Shown: positions 1 to 9,912 of the stretch, in pieces
Numbering within the stretch: position 1 is the stretch's first letter
How the letters are laid out: the number at the start of each line of letters is the position of its first letter
Assembly (NCBI GenBank): GCA_010015805.1
Contig: ML978122.1
Span: 1,460,453-1,524,452 of the forward strand
Source: Rhizodiscina lignyota
Lineage: Eukaryota
DNA length: 64,000 nt
Direction: 5' to 3'
The notes under the pieces: model-generated
The model's database searches: none
What the model was told of the DNA's origin: nothing
Seen by the model: only the letters and a program-made list of their open reading frames with translations
Program-made: the position numbers and the translations under genes

Positions 1-207
1 ACAATTTGCTAACTCCGTCTCTGCAATGTGGGTCGAACTTCGTCAAGGGCTTGGCTTCTCTCGATCTTCTTTGCTTCTGTCCTACTACAACAGGGAAACG
101 CTAAATCGAACGACTAAAATCTCATCGATGTTCTCAAATATCTAATGCATTGCGTATTACTTCGTAGGTAATGCTAACTAACTGAATCAGGCACTGCTGT
201 TGTCGCT

Positions 208-1135
208 CTAGTGGTGGCCATCGTGATGCCCTGGAAGTGATCCGGCGCCGACGCGTTCATTCGTGCGATGCTCCTCTGCCCAGGCGAACAGGCTATCATA
301 ATCTCTGCAGATGTGGGTTCCATCCCATCCAGTCGTAGATCGCCCCGTGGGAACATCCGCGTTAGCGGCGGTCGTGTCTAAGGCCGGATCCGCCGAGCAC
401 TTGATCGCTTGTCTCAGAAATTCGGTACAATGATAGGTGTGCCAAACTTCCTGATCGGGCACCTGCGACGAATTCTCCATGGCCCTGCCGAAAGACTGCT
501 GTATCATGTACTGAACGCATGTTCTGGTCAGCCGATCCTGGACTTGGTTGTCCCGCTTCGCCACTTACCAAGCAATGAAGCTGATGGAAAACCGAGACAA
601 CGTAGATGTCCTCGGACCCATCTTTCCGGCCGGTTGGGACATTCACAAATCCTCGGCCCCCTTGCTTTGCTATCAGCTGTTTGTCACATCGTGGGGCATA
701 ACGCGATTGTCTCCTTACTAGGCATGTCTGCTTCCCATACAGCTTCCACTTCCGCTGTAATTTCAGTGACAGTTACAGCCTCAAATTTCTTGGCCACTAG
801 AGGATCTAAATGTAGCACTTCATTAGATACGTAGCTCCTTGGAATATTCAAATGGTACACTTACAGTCAGGTGCCAGGAGAAGGTTCTCAGGATTAAGGC
901 TTTGCGAAAGTGAAGGCGATGACAGTGGCAGCTGTACAGCAACTTTGATAAGAGGGAAAAGTAGAAGACCCAGGAGAATTACACAACAAGCAGTGAGAAT
1001 TCTGATTTGTCGGCAGAGCTTCAAAACAAGTCGATTCTCATCGTGTGGGAAGTCCTCAGTGGAGTCGCCGCTCACCGGGCTGTAGGATTCTTTCCACAAA
1101 TGAGAAAATGGGTTTGACCGAACAGCAGGATACAT
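208..1135 (-). CDS. UstYa-like / DUF3328 oxidase (fungal RiPP tailoring enzyme), 4 exons
   Basis: Spliced model: N-terminal TM segment (ILTACCVILLGLLLFPLI), then ...WEADMP-RGRGFVNVP...VVSVFHQLHCL-YMIQ...WHTYHCTEFLRQAIKCSADPALD...GWDGTHICRDYDSLFAWAEEHR. Two HxxHC motifs plus the LRQxxxCxAD and GWxxxHxCRD motifs are typical of DUF3328. GTAAG donors at 864, 718 and 568 on the minus strand. Confidence 0.93.
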
Positions 1136-1614
1136 TTTCAGAGACGTGACGATGAAGAAACTTGACAATGTTCAGGTATGAAAGATGCGGACTTGTTGAC
1201 AGAAAGAGAGTATCGTTTATAGAATCCTAGACAGAGCTCTGACATGTTTTTATAACGTCAAGCTCAACTCTAGGGGTATGGTAAGGAACATCCCCCTCTT
1301 AAAATTGGCCACAACTCCTCCGTCTGTGTCCCACGCGAGACCTGGCAATCACCGTTGCAAGGTATCCATACAATGATACCGGATTCACCGTCGACGTCCG
1401 ATGTATGTTGGAACCAGGGTTCACCACTCTATCTCACCGCCAACCTGTCTGAATGCTACGCATAGGCACTGCATCGAGGCACTATACCTCTTCTCGCAAG
1501 ATCATCCCACGGTCGTCCACACTGGCCGCCGTTCAATGTAATTGTACGATGGGTTGGACAATCCGTCGACTAATGGGACCCGCACCGGTATTGTTTGCCA
1601 TTCCGATTCTGATG

Positions 1615-1620
1615 TATAAA
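1615..1620 (+). promoter_or_regulatory. Probable TATA box of the repeat-peptide precursor gene
   Basis: TATAAA about 110 nt upstream of the ATG at 1730, inside the 594-bp divergent intergenic region. Confidence 0.45.
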
Positions 1621-1729
1621 GAGGTCTAGTTGTCGGCCGTTCCCATTGTGCTATCCAGCTTCGTTCAAGGAATATCTTCATCCCAGAGTGTCTCAGCAAT
1701 CGTTTCATCTCTTCTCAATATCTGCCGCA

Positions 1730-2287
1730 ATGAAGTTCTCCGGTGCCGTCGCCCTCGTGGCGCTCCTGCAAATGGCCATCGCTGCTCCCACCTCACCACT
1801 GCCGGCTGCCATTGAAGAGAAGCGACAGAGTCCCGACTTGGGTACCTACGTCTACTTCAAGCGTGAGGCTGAGGCTTCCGCTGAAGAGAAGCGCCAAAGC
1901 CCGGACCTAGGAACCTACGTCTACTTCAAGCGCGAGGCTGAGGCCGAAGAGAAACGCCAGAGCCCGGACCTTGGTACTTACGTCTACTTCAAGCGTGATG
2001 CTGAGGAGAAACGCCAGAGCCCGGACCTTGGCACTTATGTCTACTTCAAGCGTGACGCCTTGGCCGAGCTTGCGGAGAAGCGCCAGAGCCCTGATCTCGG
2101 CACCTACGTTTACTTCAAGCGTGAACCCGAGGCTGCTGCCGAAGAGAAGCGTCAGAGCCCTGACCTCGGCACCTACGTTTACTTCAAGCGTGAACCTGAG
2201 CCTACCGCTGAAGAGAAGCGTCAGAGCCCCGATCTTGGCACGTATGTCTACTTCAAGCGTGAGCCTGAAGCAGAAGAGAAGAAATAA
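1730..2287 (+). CDS. Secreted Kex2-processed repeat protein (RiPP precursor), 185 aa, 7 x core QSPDLGTYVYF
   Basis: Intronless ORF from ATG 1730. Signal peptide MKFSGAVALVALLQMAIA-AP; seven identical KR-QSPDLGTYVYF-KR units separated by acidic E/A/P spacers; divergent from a DUF3328 gene. Confidence 0.93.
   Translation: MKFSGAVALVALLQMAIAAPTSPLPAAIEEKRQSPDLGTYVYFKREAEASAEEKRQSPDLGTYVYFKREAEAEEKRQSPDLGTYVYFKRDAEEKRQSPDLGTYVYFKRDALAELAEKRQSPDLGTYVYFKREPEAAAEEKRQSPDLGTYVYFKREPEPTAEEKRQSPDLGTYVYFKREPEAEEKK
1820..2260 (+). repeat. Seven coding tandem repeats of KR-QSPDLGTYVYF-KR
   Basis: Amino-acid-identical cores with variable third codon positions (e.g. Leu TTG/CTA/CTT/CTC, Gly GGT/GGA/GGC) and variable-length spacers. 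Confidence 0.95.
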
Positions 2288-3169
2288 GGGACGGTCAGTT
2301 TCCGTAGTGACAACAGCGTTGACTTGGCAAGCTCAGTACTGATCGGTATCAGATAACACGATCTGGATCCTCAATGCGGGTCTGGCAAGGCGTACTGCCA
2401 TATCGCACGACGGCATGTGGGTTGGCCATTCTGGTTTTGGGTCTGAGAGAGAGTTGGGGAGAGGTGTCGGAGATGGAAGCCACTCCTTACGTTGGTGTTC
2501 CTGCTGTTGTAGTCATTGTTGTTGTCATCTCGAATAGGCTGCTCTAGTAGTGAATCAAGTCGCTCGCTAGAATCTGATGTGGGATTTGCCTAAGCTGTAG
2601 CCTTCTTGTCCTTAAACAGATTAATGAAGCTCCCTATTCTTTGCCTATTATCTTGATACTATTCCTGGAATCGAGTAATACTAACCTTGAGCTTGGAATC
2701 CGACTTGCTCTTGCTATTGACAAATGAACTGGGGACCTGGATCTCTTGGGGTTTGACTGCTTTCGTACGCCATGGGGGAGCCGTGGGCGAACTGTGAAAG
2801 AGCTGTGCAAGAGCCTTGGGTGAGCCACGTAGTTGCTGGGTGAGCTGGCAGGTGAGCCGATAATGACCAAAACGGGCTCCGAATATCAGAACTCAAACGG
2901 CCCAACGGGTTCCTAGTAAGCCTTCTATTAAGATACTATTGCCTTGACTGAGTGCCATTAGAGAAAACAGACAGGTTCAGGGAAGAGTTTGGTTCCGATA
3001 TCTTCCTTCTAGTTCAGCGAAAAGGGAAGCTTACTAGGTATACCTCAAGCATGACTCTTAATAGTCCTCGGTAGTCTCCTCAGCCAGAATACTTCTCTAA
3101 CAGTTGCACTTCATCAATGATCAAGAAAATAGTCAAAACACCTGCTACACTCAAAATCCGTAAAATGAA

Positions 3170-5200
3170 GAGCGAGGGCGATCCAGGAAGCCGATTGCCG
3201 TGACGAATATCCCTCCACACTCGCACATTTCCTTGTCACACCGCAGGCCCGTTTTTGCGACGTGCTTCAGATACTGCTGCATCATGTGGCATCGTACGAT
3301 GTCTACACGAGCGAATTTAGAATGTGGGCAGAGGAAGCACTTCTGGGTCGAGACCTTCCGTCGACGAGTATATGCATGAATGTTTCTTGCGATGGGGTCT
3401 CGCCCGCATTCTCATTATCATCATTATCATCGCTGGTATCGCTTTCTTCTGCGTTCCAAGCTGGCCTTCACGGCTGGAGTTGGGTCTTGATAGATGTAAA
3501 GCGCTGTAAGGTTGTATGTTCCCTGAATTCTTTATTGTGAGAGCAGCATCGCCGGTTGATGAACCTGCCTCTGATCCGTAGGATGCATCGACGATGCGAA
3601 CGCGTTCCGGGCATACGTAATAGGGAGCACGTAGCTCCTAATCTTCTTCTTTCTCAGATTCCTGTTTGGATACTTCTTCGTCTGGGATGGCCCCATCCGC
3701 AGCATTGGCGAAGGTTGCCAATCTACTTGTTTGTTTCGTCATTGGGCGTATCGCGGAAGTAGTCTACTTCCATCTTGCCCTCCTCTTCCCTTCCTAAACG
3801 TTGAATCTCCCTCGTCAATTCCTTGTGCTCTTGACAAAGCTCCAGACACTGGGACTCGCCCTTCTTCAGGGTTCCTGCCGAAGATTGAATCTGATTCTTT
3901 ATCCAATTCCTCTCCGATCTCAGCTTGATGATCTTGGGATCACGGCGAATGCGCCTTGCGTGCTGGATACACCGACTATTCATGCTGATCGGCGCCAACG
4001 GATCTCGCATACTCTTACGAGCCGCTTGTCAAGGCCCTCCTGCATCGGACTAGCCAAGGTGACCTGTTGCAGGCCACCAATAAGGTCAGACTGTAGTGTC
4101 TCTCGAATCCGTGTTCCCAGACTGACTCAAGGCTTTCATCCGTCAGGGCGACGAAACTCGCTGGTGAAAGTAAACTCTGAACGATAAAGGACTATATGAA
4201 GAAAGGGAAGCTGACTGTTTACCTTGTTTGCGGCCCAGCGTCTGTATACTGCATAGAAACTTTTTTCCCACTCGTAACCAACCCTTCGGAGGCGTGCTTC
4301 AGTGCAACATCGCTGACGTCGTAGGTCGTGGGCTTCACTGGGTCTAGTTTCCATTCTTCTGCAGTCCGTTCTATACTCCGGAGAGCATGGACCTTGAGTT
4401 TATGCTCTTTTTAATAATTGGGAGCTTGGGAAGCCGAAGGTGGGTACGGAGCTTCCAGATGAGCTCAGGGCTCAGGTTTTCGTTATTAAATGCGTGGTCT
4501 CAAAATGCCATCGCAACGACTTGTAGGGTGGGGCAGTAGGCCAGCTGGTAGTCCCAATGCAGGATATATCTTGTCATATTGGAATCGTTAGTCTCAAATA
4601 TACTCTCGGGGGAACTAATTATTACCTGTCTATGCTCTTTGCTCTCTCTTTCATATTGCAGAAATTGACTATCGCGCAGGGGATATCGGGACCATTTGAA
4701 TTTGGAAGGTAGAATAACTGAATATCCTGCCAACATACTGTGTTGGAATCGGTGTCGACGGCGATGGTCTCTGGGATATGACTTTTGAAACCTGACTCCG
4801 ACTGGTATGTTCACTGGTATGGTCGCCATTCTCTTGAAGCACGCCCGGTCGTGTGCCAGTGATGGAAGACCACGGTTGAACAGTTGATTGTTGGACAAAG
4901 CAATTGTTGAATCGGAAACAAGTGGAGTGCTTCCAGAGGAAACGCTGGTGAAGGGCCTGCTCATCCGGCCGAGGATAATTTTTTAATGCTCCGAGCCAAG
5001 GGTGTTCCGGGTGCCGGTTAGGAATCTTAGGATCCCTCCAATTATTCCCCACTAAGACGATGATGTCTTTGTCGGTTGGACATTCGTGGGCTTTGCATTG
5101 ACCTTCGACCAACGCTCGTTGGGTCAGCTCACAGCCGTTGATTTGCTGCCCATTTGCGGTCGTCAGTCTTGCGGTAGTGAACAAAGTCATACTTCTTGCA
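3170..5200 (-). pseudogene. Degraded DUF3435 tyrosine-recombinase-like gene (Starship captain family); boundaries approximate
   Basis: Collinear fragments across frames on the minus strand: SSITGTRPGVL (~4837-4870), DYQLAYCPTLQVVAMAF*DHAF (~4490-4555), YRRWAANKVN (~4218-4246), LSQSG...FERHY/QSDLIG.LQQVTL.SPMQEGL (~4030-4130), RDPLAP...RRDPKIIKLRSER...DYFRDTP (3735-4007), EED*ELRAPYYVCPERVRIVD (~3585-3650), and a degenerate C-terminal Zn-finger-like segment (~3200-3300). Multiple frameshifts and stops. Recognised from remembered family consensus, not from an HMM search. Confidence 0.72.
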
Positions 5201-6111
5201 TCCGACCTGATAGATACTGGCTCGCTTGAACAATCTGTTCGGTGCTACAAGATTTCTAGGTGTAATACTGCAGCATAGTGCACATAGAGTCATACTGAGC
5301 GCTGGGCCTCTGAGCGCGCTAATGTCTTTATCATAAAGGTAAGGATCGGGAATGCGGTTACATCAAACCATATTGTGCTCACAAGAAGGACGTTAAGATG
5401 CTTGAAAGTTATGCCACTGGCTTTGCCAGTGGGACTTGTTGTAATGCACCGCTTACTGCACTCTGCATTGCAGTTGAATGGACTTTCTCTATCGCTATCC
5501 GTGTCGGAGTATCCACAGATATAGATTGGCTAATCCACACTGAGTTCGACGATAAGGTTTTGCGCACAGATGCCATAGGACTAGCAGGTGACTTTACGAA
5601 CAGGCAGCCTATCGTGGTTTTTGTAGAGAGAATGCTTTACGGGATATATTCCAGTCCGAAGGGGCTAACTAGATCAGCGTCATAAAATCCAAGAGAAACT
5701 CCACGATGATGACCTTTCAAAAACGCTAGTCCGTAAGCCATCTACTTCATATCAGTAATAATGATTGTATTCCGTACCCCTTAAATATCATGTATTGGGC
5801 GACACGGGGCCCAACGGGACTGCAATCGATGCGCGACGAGCAGGCAGTCGAAACTGAGTCTTCGACATACAAACCTGTATTCAATCACGCTTTCATGCAC
5901 CCGTACACTTCGTCTCGAATGTGCACTTGGCCTAGAAATTGAAAACTTTCATTAGTCGGAGCGGATGCAATTACTTAGTGTGTAGAAAGTTGTTCGCGAC
6001 CTTCAGGCTTGGCACCACCTTGCTCCTTCTAAACTCCGAATCTTCGATTCTCGCGGGGCCTCTTAACATCCCCAAGTCTATCTTGTCAAGCATGCCAGAG
6101 CGTAGTCAAGG

Positions 6112-7513
6112 ATGAAGAGAACGCTTCTTTTATGCTTCATACACGGTTTTAAGGTCCGACCCTTCCCTTGAACCGCGCCGCACATTGCTTAACTATTTGG
6201 ACAGGGCGGCGATGATACCTTCGAACGCTTCCCGGAAGACTTGCGCGCGCTTGTAAGCCATGCGATGCCTGATGTCACTGTCTATGCGATCCAATACCCG
6301 AAATTTCAGACTCGCGGGGATCTGAGGGACTGCGTGAGGCGCTTCAAAGAATGGTACATTACTATTTGGTGGACACTACGATGCGCCGATGCTGATGTCT
6401 TGGGCAATGGCAGGTTGCAGAATAAAGTCATAGACCTCGAGGTCGCGAATCAACAGCCTTCACCTACGGTCGATCCTTCGGTGCGCACGATATTGGTGGG
6501 ACATTCTATGGGGTACGTCGCTAGATTCCATGTTGTGGGTGACGTGGCACTGAACACTGCGTACCAGAGGCATTGTTGCAGCAGAGGCAGTGCTCTCTAT
6601 TTGCCAGGACCAGCCGATTAGTTCCTCCGGCGAGCTCTCATCCGATTCCGCTGGCTTCATGTTCCCTTATATTCAGGGCATTCTTGCATTCGACACTCCA
6701 TACCTTGGAATCGCTCCTGGAGTTGTGGCTCATGGTGCAGAGGGCCATTTGAACAATGCATCGGCCGCCTATCAAGCAATTAACAATGTCGCCACATCAT
6801 TCGGATGGGGAGCAAAGAGCGACCCGGGCCCGGCTGCGTCCGTCGAGGCGAGCAAGTTGCTTCCGCCTGCAAGCAGCAACAGCACTGCCGATGCCGCTGC
6901 TACGCCTGCTTGGCAGCGATGGGGACGCTACGCAATGTTTGCGGGTGCAGCAGGTGCAGTCGCCGCAGGTGGTGCTGCAGCTTACATGAAGAGAGATTCA
7001 CTCTCGGTGGGCTGGAAATGGGTGGGCTCACACCTCGAGTTTGTTGGATGTCTTGCACGTGGCGCAGAGATGGAGAAGCGTCTGCAGTCCATAATCGATA
7101 TGGAGAGGGAGCACGACTTCGGGTTCCTTGACATCTATACCGCTCTCGGACGAGCTGTGGAAGGAAAGAGTAGCTGGAGCAGCGGTGTGCTCGGAGAGCA
7201 GCGTACATTCTGCACATTGCCAAAGAGCGGGTCGCGGCAGAAATACTTTCTCAAGGCTACGAACGACGCTGCGGAAGATGAGACGTGGGCTCACACCGGG
7301 ATGTTCACGCCGCGTAGCAATCCTGGATATCATGCCATGGCCGAGGCTGCCAGAGAGATTATCGGCCGATGGACACAGGGCAAGTGGTATGCAGATGCCA
7401 CGATGGACGAGACGAAATTACGATGCGGGGACGATGCTGAAATCGTAGACGGACCCGGAGAGGTTGAAGAACTGGACACCGAATTTGATACCCACGGCGA
7501 CTTGGGAGCTTGA
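6112..7513 (+). CDS. DUF676-like alpha/beta hydrolase (putative serine esterase), 4 exons
   Basis: MKRTLLLCFIHGFK-GGDDTFERFP..., nucleophile elbow ILVGHSMG-GIVAA, and LAFDTPYLG motif; short GT-AG introns restore the frame. Confidence 0.85.
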
Positions 7514-8424
7514 GGCAATGATGGTGTGTTCTCCGAGAAATAACCCCTCGAAAACTCCGGTGGCTCCCTACCATCATCAGGACGAGCAGGACGAGCAGCA
7601 CGGCCAATATGAGCATTCACTGAAGGGCAAGAAACCACAAGGTGAATCTTGACCAATTGACGCTGACCAAAGCTAGATTTACTGTGAAGAGATAAACCAA
7701 CAGTTATCTCAAGAGTGTATGATGGTTGCACGAATTACGAAGTATAAGGTCGAGTCTCTTTGGAATCTCCTTCATGCCATCAATTGGAACAGTGAGGACA
7801 TCCTCACAGGGGTCTCAAGATTGACCGAAAGTCGCCCCACGGGGTCGAGACATCGAAGTGCTATGGTGTAGAGTATCTTCAATCTGGGCAGATTATGCTC
7901 CTTGGAGCCGCGCTATAGCAGTCTTGATAGACACCGCCAGAGCCCGGAGGAGATTGTACCGAGCTTTTTGTGATGCTCTCGCTTCGACTGAGGAGCGAGG
8001 CTCGTTCCTGAAGCACCTTTTCGGCCTTCATGGCTGGTTAGCTATGTAAACGTCCATAGCATTGTATTGTAGTAGCTCCTGGGGTACAACGACTCTGTAT
8101 ATTCTATGCGCCCTCCTGTTCGGCTCCGAGCGCGCGGAAAAGGGTCGCTCGGCTCTATATAGGCCGAGCCAACTCCTAGCGCTCGGGAAATCCGAGAGAT
8201 GTCCCGCCTCCCCACGTTGTTGAGATCATCTGCGTATCAAAATCCTCTTCAAATAGCTACATCGCAGCCGGAGGCACTCTTCCTGAGACATTTAGATTCC
8301 CGGATCCATTCTTGCTGAGCTATAAAACGGGCGAATAATATCCGTTTGACTATTCAACTCTAGATTTAACAGATCTCGGTGTCTTGGCACTGTCGGTGTC
8401 ACAACAATGCGGATGTGCGGCTAT

Positions 8425-9436
8425 CTACAAGTTCCTCTGGAAGAATGCATCAAGCACTTGATACGCTTCTCTAGCACGATTTGCGAGTTTGGGGTCAGCC
8501 CAATTGGACCTTGCCGACGCAAATCCATGGTGAACATCAAGCTGTAAATTCGATCAGCCAGCTCAGTCTTACATACACGAAAGGATGACCAGGCTTACAA
8601 AGTCCTGCCGGACAGATGCGTCCGCGATGGGCTTGGTCTGGATCTTGCCGTAGAAGGCATCCATTGCTTTTGGATCCTCGCCTTGACTGGGGAGCAATGC
8701 GATGGGAACATCGACATTGTCCGCGTCTTCCGGCTGAAAGTTGGTGGGGTGGATGAAGCCCATGCACTTGAAAAGCTTCAGGTGCGCGCCTTGGACGAGC
8801 TTTTTCGCACCGAAACAGAATCCATAGGCCTAGAATGCTTAAGCGACGTCGCCTTGCGTACACGAAGGGCGGAATATTTACGCCAATTGATGCAGCACCG
8901 AGCCGTCTGGCGTTCTCCACCGTTGCGATCAAGCCTGGCTGCACCTTTTCCCAGGATCCAACTTCCTGGACCCACGCGTTTAGCGCAGGCCGCCCTGCCT
9001 TGGGCGGTACTATGCAGCGTCAATGGCCGAAAACGTGTATAGAGAGTGAGACATGTCACATACTGTCATTGATGTCCCATCCCTTCCCACGGAAGAAGTC
9101 TGGAATAACGATCCGGTATCCGCGCAGTTGGGCCAAGTAGTCAGCGCCTTGTAGGGTGTTCGAATGGAGACCGAAAATATCTGGGTCCAGTTAGGTACTC
9201 CGTACACTCTCCGCAATTGAAACGGATAGACGGGTCGCTGTAGACGAGCCGCGGTATCCCTCCATACCATGGATAGCTACCAGCGCTTGCTTAGCATCGG
9301 GGTCGCCTGTTTCGTACACTTCGAGGTCATCTTGCCCTTCAATCTGGAGAGTGAACCGCTTTCCAACTGGGACGTAATCAGACTTGAACGGTGGCAGCGT
9401 GCAGCACTGTTCGTTGACTTCCGACTGTTCCGCCAT
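8425..9436 (-). CDS. Dienelactone hydrolase family protein, multi-exon
   Basis: N-terminal CCTLPP, IVIPDFFRG, nucleophile motif YGFCFGAK, IHP, and C-terminal VHHGFASARSNW...AYQVLDAFFQRNL*. Confidence 0.85.
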
Positions 9437-9912
9437 TTTCCCAGGAAGACGCAGAGGTGAGTTAGGGCTAGAGGAGGCTTAAAATTTAGGTTCGATCATC
9501 TTGAAGCTATCGAACGTCGGTTGTGAGATTTTCAAGCTCATTCGTCACTATCTCAAATTCATCACGTGCGGTGGTGGGGATGATGGAATTTCCAACTCGG
9601 ATCCATGCATCCAGAAACACGCGAGCGACGGTGGGATGATCCCAGATTTGAGGTTTCTGCGGAGATCTGCTTTTCTCACAGAGGCAGACATCGGCAAAAT
9701 GCTCCCAGAAAACGAGTTGATTCGGCGCCTGCGGAATCCGTCCGACACGTCTTAGTCGATAGAAGACTCACGGAAGGACAGTACCTGGCGATGCACACCT
9801 TCGCCCCTCCATGTATATCTTTTTAAAAGACGAGGCAAAGCGTTTCGTTTTTTGACCCATCGCTTGATTATTCAGAATTTGAACGCACGTGTATTCAATC
9901 TACAGAATAGAG

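Noticed and set aside
1646..1729. N-terminal extension shown in the ORF track for the precursor
   Set aside because: It begins at a non-ATG codon; the ATG at 1730 starts a clean signal peptide.
1820..2260. CRISPR-like repeat-spacer array
   Set aside because: Eukaryotic DNA; the repeats are in-frame coding units with synonymous variation, and there are no cas genes.
1730..2287. Alpha-factor-type mating pheromone precursor
   Set aside because: KR sites and EA/EP spacers fit, but the core lacks the Trp/Cys pattern (WC...C) of filamentous ascomycete alpha pheromones, and the adjacent DUF3328 gene favours a RiPP. Not fully excluded.
5747..5758. TTAC-N7-A on the minus strand as a Starship target-site boundary
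   Set aside because: Position upstream of the captain relic is suitable, but a five-base pattern is expected by chance in a region this size and the other end is not visible.
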